Below, one piece after another: positions 49,381 to 59,811 of a DNA stretch of 64,000 bases (within the stretch, counting starts at the first letter, position 1; each line of letters begins with the position of its first letter). The notes under the pieces are model-generated. The model worked only from the letters and a program-made list of their open reading frames with translations. It was not told the DNA's origin and made no database searches. Source of the DNA: an uncultured Candidatus Rokubacteria bacterium (GTDB taxonomy: Bacteria; Methylomirabilota; Methylomirabilia; Rokubacteriales; CSP1-6); assembly GCA_963734175.1 (NCBI GenBank), contig CAVTGC010000010.1, forward strand, positions 252,976 to 316,975, written 5' to 3'. The translations under genes were made by a program, and so were the position numbers.

Positions 49381-50366
49381 TACTCGATCACCTGATCCGC
49401 CCGCGCGAGCAGCGACGGGGGGATCGTGAGGCCGAGGGTCTTGGCAGTCTTGAGGTTGATCACCAGTTCGAACTTCGTCGGTTGCTCGATTGGCGTGTCG
49501 GCAGGCTTGGCGCCCTTGAGGATTCGGTCCACGTAAGTGGCGGCCCGGCGCGACATCTGCGTGAAATCCGGACCGTAGGCCATGAGACAGCCTTCCACGA
49601 CGAACAGTGTCGTCTCGCACGTCATCGGCAGGCGGTGGGCGGCGGCCAGCTCGATAAGCTTCGCCCGGTAGGTTGCGAGGAACGGTGAGGCTATCTGGAA
49701 CACCGCATGCGCCCCATTCTTTTTGGCGGACACTAACGCCGGGGTGAAATCCTCGGGCCGCTGAACCTCGAGCCGCTGGGTCTGCAAGCCGAGCCCCTGC
49801 GCCGCCGCCTCGACCGCGCGGACCCCGGTGTCCCCGCCGCCGCCGCGGTCCCAGAGGAGGGCGACTCGCCGCATGCCGGGCACGACCTCCCTGAGCAGTT
49901 CGAGGCGTTTTGTCCCCAACTCGGAGTCCTGAAAGGCTAGGCCTGTGATGTTCCCCCCTGGACGCGCCAAACTCTTGACGAAACCGAAGGCCACCGGCTC
50001 ATGCACGATCGCCATGACGATCGGAACCGTTGCGCTCGCCTGCTGTGAGGCGCGGATCGCCTGGGGACCCCACGCCACGAGCACGTCGACGGGGAGCGCA
50101 ACGAGCTCGGACGCGATCTTCGGAAATTCGTCCAGCCGTCCCTCGCCCCATCGCGTCTCGATCACGATCGTCTGCCCCTCGATCCACCCCAGTTCTCGAA
50201 GTCCGTCGCGGAGCGTCTTGACCAGCAACTGGAACTGATCACCCGCGCTGGAGCCCGGGGCGAAGACCCCGACGCGGGGCGTCTTCGCTGCTTGCTGCGC
50301 CTCGGCGACAGGCGGCGCAACGAGGGCACCGGCCAGCGAGGTCAGCAGGAACCGGCGACGGTCCAC
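49380..50366 (-). CDS. PF04392-family substrate-binding protein, paralog 2
   Basis: MDRRRFLLTSLAGALVAPPVAEAQQ… ; …TIPPSLLARADQVIE. Confidence 0.8.
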   Translation of the reverse strand: MDRRRFLLTSLAGALVAPPVAEAQQAAKTPRVGVFAPGSSAGDQFQLLVKTLRDGLRELGWIEGQTIVIETRWGEGRLDEFPKIASELVALPVDVLVAWGPQAIRASQQASATVPIVMAIVHEPVAFGFVKSLARPGGNITGLAFQDSELGTKRLELLREVVPGMRRVALLWDRGGGGDTGVRAVEAAAQGLGLQTQRLEVQRPEDFTPALVSAKKNGAHAVFQIASPFLATYRAKLIELAAAHRLPMTCETTLFVVEGCLMAYGPDFTQMSRRAATYVDRILKGAKPADTPIEQPTKFELVINLKTAKTLGLTIPPSLLARADQVIE

Positions 50367-51355
50367 TACTCGACTACCTGATCCGCCCGCGCCAGGAGTG
50401 ATGGCGGGATTGTGAGGCCGAGGGCTTTGGCGGTCTTCACGTTTACGATTAACTCGAACTTCGCGGGTCCCTCCATTGGGAGATCGCCTGGCGCGGCACC
50501 TTTGAGGATGCGGTCGACGTAGCCCGCGGCGCGCCGATACATATCGGCACCATCGGGCCCATGAGCGATCAACCCGCCCGCGCGCGCGAAGGTCGGCGAC
50601 CCGAAGGAGGCCAGGCGATGCTGAAGGGCGAGACTGGCAATCTGAGCCCCGAGTGGATTCAGGAGCGACGTGTTCGGCACAATGACGGCCTGCGCTCCCT
50701 GCTGTGTCAAGGCGGCGAATGCCTGGGCGAGGTCGGCCGGGCGCCGCACGGGCACGCGACGGACTGCTAAGCCCAACGTTCGCGCGGCATCATCCTCCTT
50801 TTGGCGCCACACTTCGGCAACCTCGGGCCGCTCGATGCCAGGGACGTCCAGCCAGCCCACGTCTGAAGCTCCGGGGACGACCTGCTTCACCAGCTCCAGC
50901 CATTTCACGGTCGATGCGAACTCTTCGAGTACGAGCCCCGTGATGTTCCCGCCCGGACGGGAGAGGCTGGCGACGACACCGCTAGCCACCGGGTCACCCA
51001 CCACTGCGATGACGACGGGAATCGTGGCTGTCGCCTGCTTGGCTGCGCGGGAGCCGGCCGAGCCGTGCGTCACGATGGCATCGACGTTAAGGCCGACCAG
51101 CTCCTTTGCCAAAGTTGGCAAGCGGTCGAGTTTGCGCTCGGCCCAGCGGTATTCAATGACGAGGTTCTTGCCTTCCTCGTATCCCAGAGCCTGGAGGCCT
51201 TGGCGCAGTGCAGCCGTTTGGCGGGTAAGGTCTCCGGGAGAGGTTTGGCCGAGAAATCCGACCCGATAGACTCGCTCTGCCGTTTGTGCCTCAGCGGCGA
51301 GCGGTGCAGTCAGCGCTCCCGCCAGCGAGATTACGAAGAAGCGACGGCGGTCCAT
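50366..51355 (-). CDS. PF04392-family substrate-binding protein, paralog 1
   Basis: MDRRRFFVISLAGALTAPLAAEAQT… (internal Met of ORF 50366..51454) ; …TIPPSLLARADQVVE. Confidence 0.8.
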   Translation of the reverse strand: MDRRRFFVISLAGALTAPLAAEAQTAERVYRVGFLGQTSPGDLTRQTAALRQGLQALGYEEGKNLVIEYRWAERKLDRLPTLAKELVGLNVDAIVTHGSAGSRAAKQATATIPVVIAVVGDPVASGVVASLSRPGGNITGLVLEEFASTVKWLELVKQVVPGASDVGWLDVPGIERPEVAEVWRQKEDDAARTLGLAVRRVPVRRPADLAQAFAALTQQGAQAVIVPNTSLLNPLGAQIASLALQHRLASFGSPTFARAGGLIAHGPDGADMYRRAAGYVDRILKGAAPGDLPMEGPAKFELIVNVKTAKALGLTIPPSLLARADQVVE

Positions 51356-51450
51356 AGTCACCCCAACTCCCGCATCTCCGCCTCCGATTTCTCCAGCCAG
51401 TACGTCATGCCCATGTCGCGGTACATCGGACCCCACGCTCTGTTCGGTCC

Positions 51451-51831
51451 TCACGTTCGATGACGCTCAATGAGCTGTTCCACTGCCGCCACGAAGTCTT
51501 TTATCTTGATCGGCTTGCTCTGGAAGCCGTCGAATCCTGCGTCCAACACTCTCTGCCGATCCTCGGACATCACCGACGCGGTCATGGCCATAACGGGAAT
51601 CCCCTGAGTGGCGACCTCGGCTCGCAGCCGTCCGAGCGCCTGGATCCCGTCGATGCCGGGTAGTCGAATGTCCATCAGGATCAGGCTCGGGCGGTGCTCT
51701 TGGGCGAGTCCGACTCCCTCTTCTCCCGTCTCGGCTTCTATGATCTCGTAGCCCTTGAACGCCAGCAGATCCCGGACGAGCTTTCGACTCTTGCTATCGT
51801 CCTCCACGACGAGGACTAGCTCATTCGCCAT
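51451..51831 (-). CDS. Single-domain response regulator (REC)
   Basis: MANELVLVVEDDSKSRKLVRDLLAFKGYEIIEAETGEEGVGLAQEHRPSLILMDIRLPGIDGIQALGRLRAEVATQGIPVMAMTASVMSEDRQRVLDAGFDGFQSKPIKIKDF…. Confidence 0.85.
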   Translation of the reverse strand: MANELVLVVEDDSKSRKLVRDLLAFKGYEIIEAETGEEGVGLAQEHRPSLILMDIRLPGIDGIQALGRLRAEVATQGIPVMAMTASVMSEDRQRVLDAGFDGFQSKPIKIKDFVAAVEQLIERHRT

Positions 51832-54325
51832 CGCGCACCGGAATCGTGAACGTAAACGTCGAACCGACACCAACCTGGCTCTGGACCCGGATCCGGCCCC
51901 CGTGCAGCTCGATGAACTTCCGGGCCAGGGCAAGTCCCAGACCGGTCCCCTCGGCCTTCTTCTCCGCCGCCCCCACCTGTCGAAACTCCTCGAACACCGC
52001 CCCCAGGTCCGAGGGCGCGATGCCCACGCCAGTGTCGGCCACGGACACCTCCACCAGCGCCTCGTTCACCGCCGCACGGACGTCGATCCGCCCACCTTCC
52101 GGCGTGAACTTGATTGCGTTGGACAACAGGTTCAAGAGCACCTGCTTGATCTTCCGCTCGTCCCCTCGAATCTCGCCGAGAAGCGGGTCGATCGAGTGCT
52201 CCAGCGTGATCCCCCGGCGCAGTGCCCGTTCCCGCACGAGGACCAGAGCATTGTCAATCGCCTGGGGTAGATGGAAGTCCATCAGCTCCAGTTCCATGCG
52301 GCCAGCTTCGATCTTCGACAGATCGAGAATGTCGTTGATCAGTGACAGCAGGTGCGTGCCGGAGGCGTTGATGTCCTGAACGTACTCGGCCTGCTTGTGG
52401 TTCAGTTCGCCGAACATCCGCTCACCCAGCACTTCCGAGAACCCTATGACTGCGTTGAGGGGCGTCCGTAGTTCATGCGACATGTTGGCCAGGAATTCAG
52501 ATTTGTGCTGGCTGGCCACTTCGAGCTGGCGGCTCTTGTCGGCCAGCTCGTTGAACAGTCGGACGTTCTCGATGGCGATCACCGCTTGGTCGGCGAATGT
52601 CTTCAGCAGCGCGATCTGCTGATCCACGAACGGCCGAACAGCGAACCGCATCGCGAAGATCGTTCCGAGCGCAATGCCTTCGCGGACTAGCGGCACAGCA
52701 AGCACCGTGCGATGCCCGAAGCGGCGTTGCAAGTCCCGACCAAGCGAGAAGTCGGCTTCTGACGCGACGGCCAAGTCGGGAATATGGAGCGTCGTACCAT
52801 CGATCACTGAGCGGGCCGCGACGGAGTCTCGCACGAGCGGCACACGGAAATCGGCTGCCAAACTTCCCCAGAACGTACCGACACCCGCGACAGGACGGAG
52901 CACATCACCCTCGCGGATGAGCAGAAGGACGTCGTTAGCTGTGCAGAGCCGCGCGGACCTCGCGACCAGGGAGTCGAAGACGGGCTGCACGTCAGTTGGC
53001 GAGCTCGAAATCACGCCCAGGATCTCACTGGTCGCCGTCTGTCGCTCCAGCGCCTCAGTGACCTGCCCGTGAGCCTGCGTGAGCGCGCGATTCTTCTCCT
53101 GCAATTCCTTGAACAGCCGCACGTTCTCGATGGCGATCACCGCCTGGTCGGCGAAGGTCTTCAACAGCTCGATCTCGTTGTCGGCGAATGATCCAGGCTC
53201 GGCACGCGCCACCCCGATGACGCCGATGGGAACACCCTCGCGCAACATTGGTACGAAGAGGCCGCTTCGCCAGCCGACCGCGCGAGACAGGGCCGGATGC
53301 TGATACTCCGGATCGACCCCGACATTGGGTATGTGAACAACCGCACGCTCGAGGATCACCCGCCCTGCCCCCAAGGTTCGGGTTGGACGCACCGGGAATG
53401 CGCGACGCATCTCCTCCAGAGCTTCGGAGGAGAAGTTGTGCTGGGCAACATGATGGAGCAGCTCGCCGTCGAACCGATACAGCACGCTGAAGAGACCATC
53501 GCACAACGTCGCGGCGCTCCTGGCGATCGTGTCGAAGACCGGCTGCACGTCGGTCGGCGAGCTGGCAATCACGCGAAGAATCTCGCTTGTAGCGGTCTGC
53601 TGGTCCAGCGACTCCATCACCTGCGCGTGGGCCTGGGTCAGGGCCTGGTTCTTCTCTTGGAGCTCGGTAAACAGGCGGACGTTCTCGATGGCGATGACGG
53701 CCTGGTCGGCGAAGGTGTCCAGGAGCGCGATCTGCTTGTCGCTGAATGGCCGGACGTGGCGTCGATGGAATGCCAGGGCCCCAACGAGTCGACCTTCCTT
53801 GAGCATCGGGACAGCCAGAGAAGTTCGCATGCCTTCCCGGCGGTACACCTCAGGCGGTGAGAAGGACGGGTCGGCAAGAATGTCAGCGACATGACTGATC
53901 CGCGGCTCTAGTCCAACGCGCCGCAGCGGCGTCTCCGGTCCCGGCAGGATGACCGCCTCTTGAAGGTAGGCGCGGAATTCGTCCGACAATTCGACGACCG
54001 CTGCCATGCGGAAGCCTTGTCCATCGAAGGTGAAGATGCCGCCATTGTTAGCCTCACAGAGGCGAAGGGCATTTGCGAGGATGGTGTCAAACACCGGCTG
54101 GACGTCCGCCGGCGACTGACTGATGACCCGCAGAATCTCGCTGGTCGCGGTCTGACGCTCCAGCGCCTCCGCCTCGCGCTTCACCGCCTCCGCCAGATGC
54201 TTCTCCAGATCGCGGATTCTGGCGCCTTGTTTCGTGGAGGCATTACTGCTGCGAGAGGGCTTCGCGTCGACTTTGGCCTGCGTAGGCTTTGCGCGAGGAC
54301 GCATCGGCCGCTTCTCGCCTCTCAA
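51821..54325 (-). CDS. Multi-GAF sensor histidine kinase, 834 aa
   Basis: Four repeats of the GAF-type block (QTATSEILRVI.SSP.DVQPVFD… / …VPM…G…G…RF.D.QIALL.TFADQAVIAIENVRLF.EL), then HisKA (…EFLANMSHELRTPLNAVIGFSEVL…) and HATPase_c (…DTGVGIAPSDLGAVFEEFRQ…GTGLGLALARKFIELHGGRIRV…). Confidence 0.85.
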   Translation of the reverse strand: MRGEKRPMRPRAKPTQAKVDAKPSRSSNASTKQGARIRDLEKHLAEAVKREAEALERQTATSEILRVISQSPADVQPVFDTILANALRLCEANNGGIFTFDGQGFRMAAVVELSDEFRAYLQEAVILPGPETPLRRVGLEPRISHVADILADPSFSPPEVYRREGMRTSLAVPMLKEGRLVGALAFHRRHVRPFSDKQIALLDTFADQAVIAIENVRLFTELQEKNQALTQAHAQVMESLDQQTATSEILRVIASSPTDVQPVFDTIARSAATLCDGLFSVLYRFDGELLHHVAQHNFSSEALEEMRRAFPVRPTRTLGAGRVILERAVVHIPNVGVDPEYQHPALSRAVGWRSGLFVPMLREGVPIGVIGVARAEPGSFADNEIELLKTFADQAVIAIENVRLFKELQEKNRALTQAHGQVTEALERQTATSEILGVISSSPTDVQPVFDSLVARSARLCTANDVLLLIREGDVLRPVAGVGTFWGSLAADFRVPLVRDSVAARSVIDGTTLHIPDLAVASEADFSLGRDLQRRFGHRTVLAVPLVREGIALGTIFAMRFAVRPFVDQQIALLKTFADQAVIAIENVRLFNELADKSRQLEVASQHKSEFLANMSHELRTPLNAVIGFSEVLGERMFGELNHKQAEYVQDINASGTHLLSLINDILDLSKIEAGRMELELMDFHLPQAIDNALVLVRERALRRGITLEHSIDPLLGEIRGDERKIKQVLLNLLSNAIKFTPEGGRIDVRAAVNEALVEVSVADTGVGIAPSDLGAVFEEFRQVGAAEKKAEGTGLGLALARKFIELHGGRIRVQSQVGVGSTFTFTIPVRDGE

Positions 54326-54955
54326 GGTGCGGTGCCCTCCGGCCGACCGGCGCTACCAGTCCCGAGCCGGGTTCTGGATCGCGACGTTGATCCTGCCACA
54401 GTCAACGAATACGGCGCCAGCCTCCCCCCACGCTCTGGGTCGAAAGCGGCTGGCGGGTTCTCCTGCTGGCATCGGGGGCATTTCATGAAGCACTCCCACG
54501 CGCCGGGCGCGGCTCAGTCGGAACACGGTAAGCCTGGGGGCCGGGGAGGGTCAATAAGCGGTCTTCTTGGCTGTAGGGAGCACATGATCTGTCCGCTTCT
54601 GAGAGCAAGTGATCTCTCCACTGCCGGGCGGGTGGGGTCGGGGTGTGGTGGTCGGCCGGGAGGTCGACCATGCTCTTCACGGCCCCCTCTAGAGGCGAGG
54701 ACGCCGCTAAGAGGGACTTCGCCATGGCCGGCGCCAGCGGCCTCGCAGCGGCAGGCGGGTGTGGAGTTCCAGCGCATGCTTCGGCCGCCGTGAGCGCGAC
54801 GGCGCCACAAGCGCCCCTCGATCTCTAAAAAGTAGGAAGATATCGCCCGCTGTATCGTCGTGCACGGCCAAGGGCGGTTAGAGCCAAACCGCCGGTGTGC
54901 TGATAGCCGTCAGTATGTCCCGGTCCGTCGAGGTACCCCCGGAATGTGAAAAAGT

Positions 54956-57690
54956 TTGCCTATGCGGCACACGTTCGTGGGGTCAATCTCTGCGATGTTG
55001 GTAGACTACCGCCGGCGATTCGAGTGCCATACCCACATCATGAGCGAGAACAACACTGGACCTGCGCGCCGGAGGAAGCCCTCTTCTGCGGCTCGCAAGG
55101 CTCTTCAGCGCGAGGGGGTTCGTAAAGAGGGTCGTAAAGAGCGTGAAGCCGGGCAACCGGCCGCGCGCCTCGTATCAGCAACCGAAGCGCGCAGCCGCGC
55201 GATCCGCGAGCAGGTGATCTTCGGTGTCGCAGTAACCGATCTCAATGGGCACTTCCTCGAGGTCAACCCAGCCTACTGTCGAATCACGGGCTACAGCGAA
55301 CAGGATTTGCTCGCCACCGACTTTTCGTCGATCACCCATCCGGACGACCGGGCGGAGAACGCGATCCTGCGTGGCCAAGCGCTTGCCGGGCAGATTCCTG
55401 GCTTCGTTGTCGAAAAGCGATACGTGCGCAAGGATGGCGTACATGTCTGGGTACGCAACGCTGTCTCTCTCATCCGCGATGCCAAAGGGCGCGCGGACAG
55501 CTTTTTAGCGCTGACCTATGACCTGACTGACCGCAAAGAGATGGAGCAAGAGCTTCGGCGGCGCAAAGACGAGCTGACTTCATTCTTCGAGCATGCCAGC
55601 ATCGGCCTGCACTGGGTCGGGCCGGACGGCATTGTCCAGTGGGCGAACCCGGCCGAACTGGCGATGTTGGGTTACGCCAGGGAGGAATATGAGGGGCGCC
55701 ACATCGCCGAGTTTCATGTCGACCAAGACGTCATCACCGACATCCTGGACCGCCTGGCTCGCGGCGAACCCTCAAACAATACGAGGCCCGACTCCGGCGC
55801 AAGGATGGGTCGATCCGGTACGCGTCGATCGATTCGTGCGTGCTGTGGGAGGAGGGCCGCTTCCTTCACACCCAGTGCTTTACGCGCGACATCACGGAAC
55901 AGAAGCTGGCCGATGAAGCCATGCGTCGGCGGACCGCGCAGTTCGAAACCCTGCTCAACGAAGCGCCGCTCGGCGTCTACCTCGTCGATGGCGGTTTCCG
56001 CATTCGGGAGGTCAACCCGACCGCCCTGCCTGTCTTCGGGAATATTCCCGATCTCATCGGCCGCGATTTCGACGAGGTGATCCACATCCTATGGCCCAAC
56101 GCCTATGCGAATGAGATCGTCGAGCGGTTCCGGCATACGCTGGAAACTGGAGAGGCCTATATCGTGCCGGAGCATGTCGAGGAGCGTCGTGACCGCGGCG
56201 TCCGCGAGGTATATGAGTGGCAGATCAGCCGCACCCCGCTGCCGGACGGCCGGCACGGCGTCGTCTGCTATTTTCGGGATATCTCCGCCCACGTGGCCGC
56301 CCGCGAGGCCTTGCGGGCGTCTGACCGCGCGAAGGACGAGTTTCTAGCGATGCTGGGGCATGAACTCCGCAACCCACTCGGCGCGCTGGCGAGTGCTGCG
56401 CGTCTCCTTGATCTCGAGGGGCGGTCACCGGAGGCGGCAGCGCGCGCCCGGGGCGTAATAGGCCGGCAGCTTGATCACCTTACGCGCCTAGTGGACGATT
56501 TGCTCGACGTGAGCCGCGTCACGACGGCCAGGGTGCGGTTGAGCCAGCGCCCACTTGACCTCAGCGCATCCGTGAAGAGCGCGGTCGAAACGCTTCGGGC
56601 CCGGGGTACGCTCGACCGCCACAATGTCATCTTTGAGGGGCAGCCGGTATGGGTTCAAGCCGATGAGACCCGGATCGAGCAGATCGTCTCGAATCTGGTC
56701 GGGAATGCGGTGAAGTTCACCCAATCGGGTGGCACTGTGTCGGTGAGCGTGGAGGGCAATGACGCGGAAGCGGTGCTCGCGGTCAAAGACACCGGTGTCG
56801 GCATCGCGGCCGACATGATTCCGCGGATCTTTGATCTCTTTGTTCAAGGCGAGCGGAACCTTGACCGTTCGCAGGGCGGGCTCGGCATCGGTCTTACACT
56901 CGTGCGTCGTCTTGTCGAGCTCCACGGCGGGACGGTCGAGGCGGCAAGCGGCGGTCCGGGGAGGGGTAGCGTAGTCACTGTGCGGCTGCCTGCGATTCCA
57001 GCTCTCCCGGTTCCGAAAACGGCCGCAGCCGCGGTGAAGCCGCAGGAGAGCGCTCCCAGGCGTGTGCTGATCGTCGAAGACAATGACGACGCACGCGAGA
57101 TGATGCGTGTCGTGCTAGAGCATGACGGGCACGAGGTACATGAAGCGGCCGACGGGCCGGGTGGCCTCCAGGCGGCACTGGCGTTACGGCCGGATGTCGT
57201 GCTACTGGATGTCGGGCTGCCTGGACTCGATGGCTATGAGGTGGCGCGGCGCATCCGGGCCGATGCTGGCCGCCAGATCTATCTGGTGGCGCTTACGGGA
57301 TATGGCCAGCCCGAAGACCGCCTACGTTCGACGGAGGCCGGCTTCGATGAGCATATCGTAAAGCCGGTCGATCCCGCGCGACTGGTATCCCTACTCGCTC
57401 GCGCGGACAGCCGAGGGGGCCAGCAGCACACGCCACAGGTTAGGCGCTTGCCCGAATTTCCCCCGGGATCTGGACGGTTTCGTTGGCACCGACAAATGCC
57501 AAGGAGGAACCATCATGAGTCGCCTGGTCGCGTCCACTCTCGGCACCGGAAGCACAACGGCGTGGGCACAACCCCCGAAGGACCCGCCCAAGGCCCAGCC
57601 GAAGGCCCCGCTGCCGACGAGGGCGTTGCTCGACATCAACAGCGCCTCGGCCGACGATCTGAAGGCGCTGAAGGGCATCGGCGAGGCTGA
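54956..57690 (+). pseudogene. Hybrid sensor histidine kinase (3 PAS, HisKA, HATPase_c, REC) with a frameshift near 55790. The 3' end is uncertain: the receiver ends around 57405 and the ORF tail runs on.
   Basis: ORFs 54956..56080 and 55840..57690 together encode PAS blocks (…FGVAVTDLNGHFLEVNPAYCRITGYSEQDLL… ; …IGLHWVGPDGIVQWANPAELAMLGYAREEYEGRHIAEFH… ; …APLGVYLVDGGFRIREVNPTALPVFG…), HisKA (…EFLAMLGHELRNPLGALAS…), HATPase (…DTGVGIAADMIPRIFDLFVQGE…GGLGIGLTLVRRLVELHGGTV…) and REC (…RVLIVEDNDDAREMM…VLLDVGLPGLDGYEV…). Confidence 0.75.
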
Positions 57691-57772
57691 CGCCAGGAGG
57701 ATCGTCGAAAACCGGCCGTACAGAACGAAGGACGAGCTCGTACAGAAGAAGGTGATATCGAAGGGGACCTAG
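57515..57772 (+). CDS. ComEA-like helix-hairpin-helix DNA-binding protein, secreted, 85 aa
   Basis: …LLDINSASADDLKALKGIGEADARRIVENRPYRTKDELVQKKVIS…. AAGGAGG lies 7-8 nt upstream of the ATG. It overlaps the unterminated tail of the upstream kinase ORF. Confidence 0.6.
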   Translation: MSRLVASTLGTGSTTAWAQPPKDPPKAQPKAPLPTRALLDINSASADDLKALKGIGEADARRIVENRPYRTKDELVQKKVISKGT

Positions 57773-57879
57773 ATAGGCACCCGCAAGCGGTAGTAGGGGA
57801 CCTGACACACATCGAAGGCTGCTTCGGGTCTATCGAAGGCGCACCCATCTTTGACTACAAAATCCAGCCCCCGCGACCA

Positions 57880-58430
57880 TGAAGGACGGGGGTTGGCGGA
57901 CGCAGGCGTAGCCGGAGCGCCGCCTCGATCTCGGCGGAGGCCTTGTTGCGCTGAAACAGCTCGCGGATCTGGTCCCGGGTCGCTCGAGGACTGCGAATCC
58001 CCAACACTCGGCTCCCGGCTGCTACCGACGACCGCGGCCGAGTCCCGTCAACGCGTAATGAAACCGCGCACTTGAATTCTGCAAGTTCGATCAGGTCCCG
58101 TTGGGGCCACCACCGCCTTTGGTAACAACACGCTGGTGACCAGTCGCTCCAGCGTGCACCGCAGCTTCACCTCCACCTCACCATCCAGCGGTGTGAACAC
58201 GATGCGTCCGTCGATCAGTTTGCGGAGCATCTGTCGCGCCTGCTGCGCGTGACGGCGCAGCATCGTTCGCCACTCGTGCAGGTAGCCGACCAGTCGTGCT
58301 CCAGGCGCCGCAGGTCTGTGGCCGCGACTGCTGGACGTTCAAGCTGGGCCAGCTCGGCCACGACCTGAGCACGCCCGCTGACGCCTGTCTGCTCGATGGG
58401 TTTGCGGACGGAAATGGCGGCAATCATCAT
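57880..58430 (-). pseudogene. Disrupted minus-strand ORF. Pieces are 58215..58430, 58048..58263 and …TRDQIRELFQRNKASAEIEAALRLRLRPP… Identity unknown.
   Basis: Three consecutive minus-strand reading frames with plausible protein-like sequence but no recognisable motif. Confidence 0.15.
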
Positions 58431-59476
58431 TCCGGGACCTCGGCTTGGGTTTGTGAGACGTGCAGGCGGAGATATTTGATGGCCAAGTTTCGCGCATCTG
58501 CCACCGGGAGCGTCGGTTCATCCACCGGCTCACCATGTGCAAGATGGTGGCGGTGCCTAGCGACCCCTCCAAAGGTCTCCAAATCATCATCCGCTGTGTC
58601 CGGCGCTAGCTGAAACGCGATCGCCGCGAACCTATCGCGTAGCCCGTACTTGTCTTTCATGACGTCGCGGATCCGATTGAGATACTGCTGTCTCGCCGCG
58701 CTTTGGGTTTCACCTGCGATCCTCCTGAAGAATCTCGCGTCATATTCCGCAAACTGCTTGTTGACGAAGATCTCCAGTGCAGTCCATGCGGCTAAAAACG
58801 CGCGTAGCTTGTCATCGTCGGTATTCATGGAAGCTTGGATTAGCGACTGAACTCGTGATAGCGACTGGTCCGCGGACAAAGCTCGATATAGCGGAAGTAA
58901 GCCTGCCAGTTGATCGGCGGTGGGAGGTCGAGAGACGAACAGGGTAGCGGCCCCACCGAGCAATTTGAACGAATACACCGGCTTACCGTCATCCCGAAAA
59001 TACACGACCTTGTCTGTGATCCTCGTAATCGTCTGCAAGTCGAACCGGGCGCATAGAGAGAGATTCACGGCAGTGAACAAGCGGTCGAACTTGTTGCGTA
59101 TCGTCTCTGCATCTCCCATGTCGAACCCGACGACGAACTCGACATCCTCGTGTGCTCGGGACGCGTCGAAGTTCTCCATTTCCCCTTCGCCAGTGAGCAC
59201 GACATAGGGTCCCGGTTGTTCTCGTCTGCGCGCTGCGCGAATCTTTTCGACTGTTTCGTTCAGGCGCCCCTGAGTCTGTTCGCCTCGTAAGGCGCCCCTG
59301 AGCATCAACTGTGCAAGCGCGAGGTGGCGGTCAGCATGCAGTGCCCACTCGTCGGCGTCAGCCGTCAAGACGCATCTGAGTCCCTGAGTGTCGTCACGCA
59401 GCAGGACGACGGAGGGTGTGTCCGCGGGCAACGAAAGGCCCTTTGCCACATGAATGGCGGTGTACTGGTATTTCAC
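58427..59476 (-). CDS. Hypothetical protein, 349 aa. No recognisable domain. Encoded in a locally AT-richer segment.
   Basis: Clean ORF with a GTG start (VKYQYTAIHVAKGLSLPADTPSVVLLRDDTQ…). Its C-terminus contains …FGGVARHRHHLAHGEP…. Confidence 0.55.
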   Translation of the reverse strand: MKYQYTAIHVAKGLSLPADTPSVVLLRDDTQGLRCVLTADADEWALHADRHLALAQLMLRGALRGEQTQGRLNETVEKIRAARRREQPGPYVVLTGEGEMENFDASRAHEDVEFVVGFDMGDAETIRNKFDRLFTAVNLSLCARFDLQTITRITDKVVYFRDDGKPVYSFKLLGGAATLFVSRPPTADQLAGLLPLYRALSADQSLSRVQSLIQASMNTDDDKLRAFLAAWTALEIFVNKQFAEYDARFFRRIAGETQSAARQQYLNRIRDVMKDKYGLRDRFAAIAFQLAPDTADDDLETFGGVARHRHHLAHGEPVDEPTLPVADARNLAIKYLRLHVSQTQAEVPE

Positions 59477-59811
59477 TTCGGCCGAGTCTCGGAGGCGCGG
59501 TGGAGCGCCAAGAATGGCTTGCTCTTTGCGCGCTGCCAGGCGGTATGAACCCGCGCCAGCTCGCGGCAGAAGAACGCGACCTGGTCGGCACCGGGCCGCA
59601 ACAGGCCAAGACGCTGGGCGAGTTCGAAGAACCCGTGCCCAGGGATGTTGTCCTGCCTGTGCACCACGATGGCGGTCAGCAGGGGGCCACCCTGCTGGTG
59701 CTCGTGCGAGATGGCGGTGAGAATATGTCGGATTGCGTCGCGGTCGGCCGGGCTGTCAATGCCCAGGCCGGCCAGTGCTGCGATGGCGCTGTATGTGGTC
59801 GTTCCCTAGAG

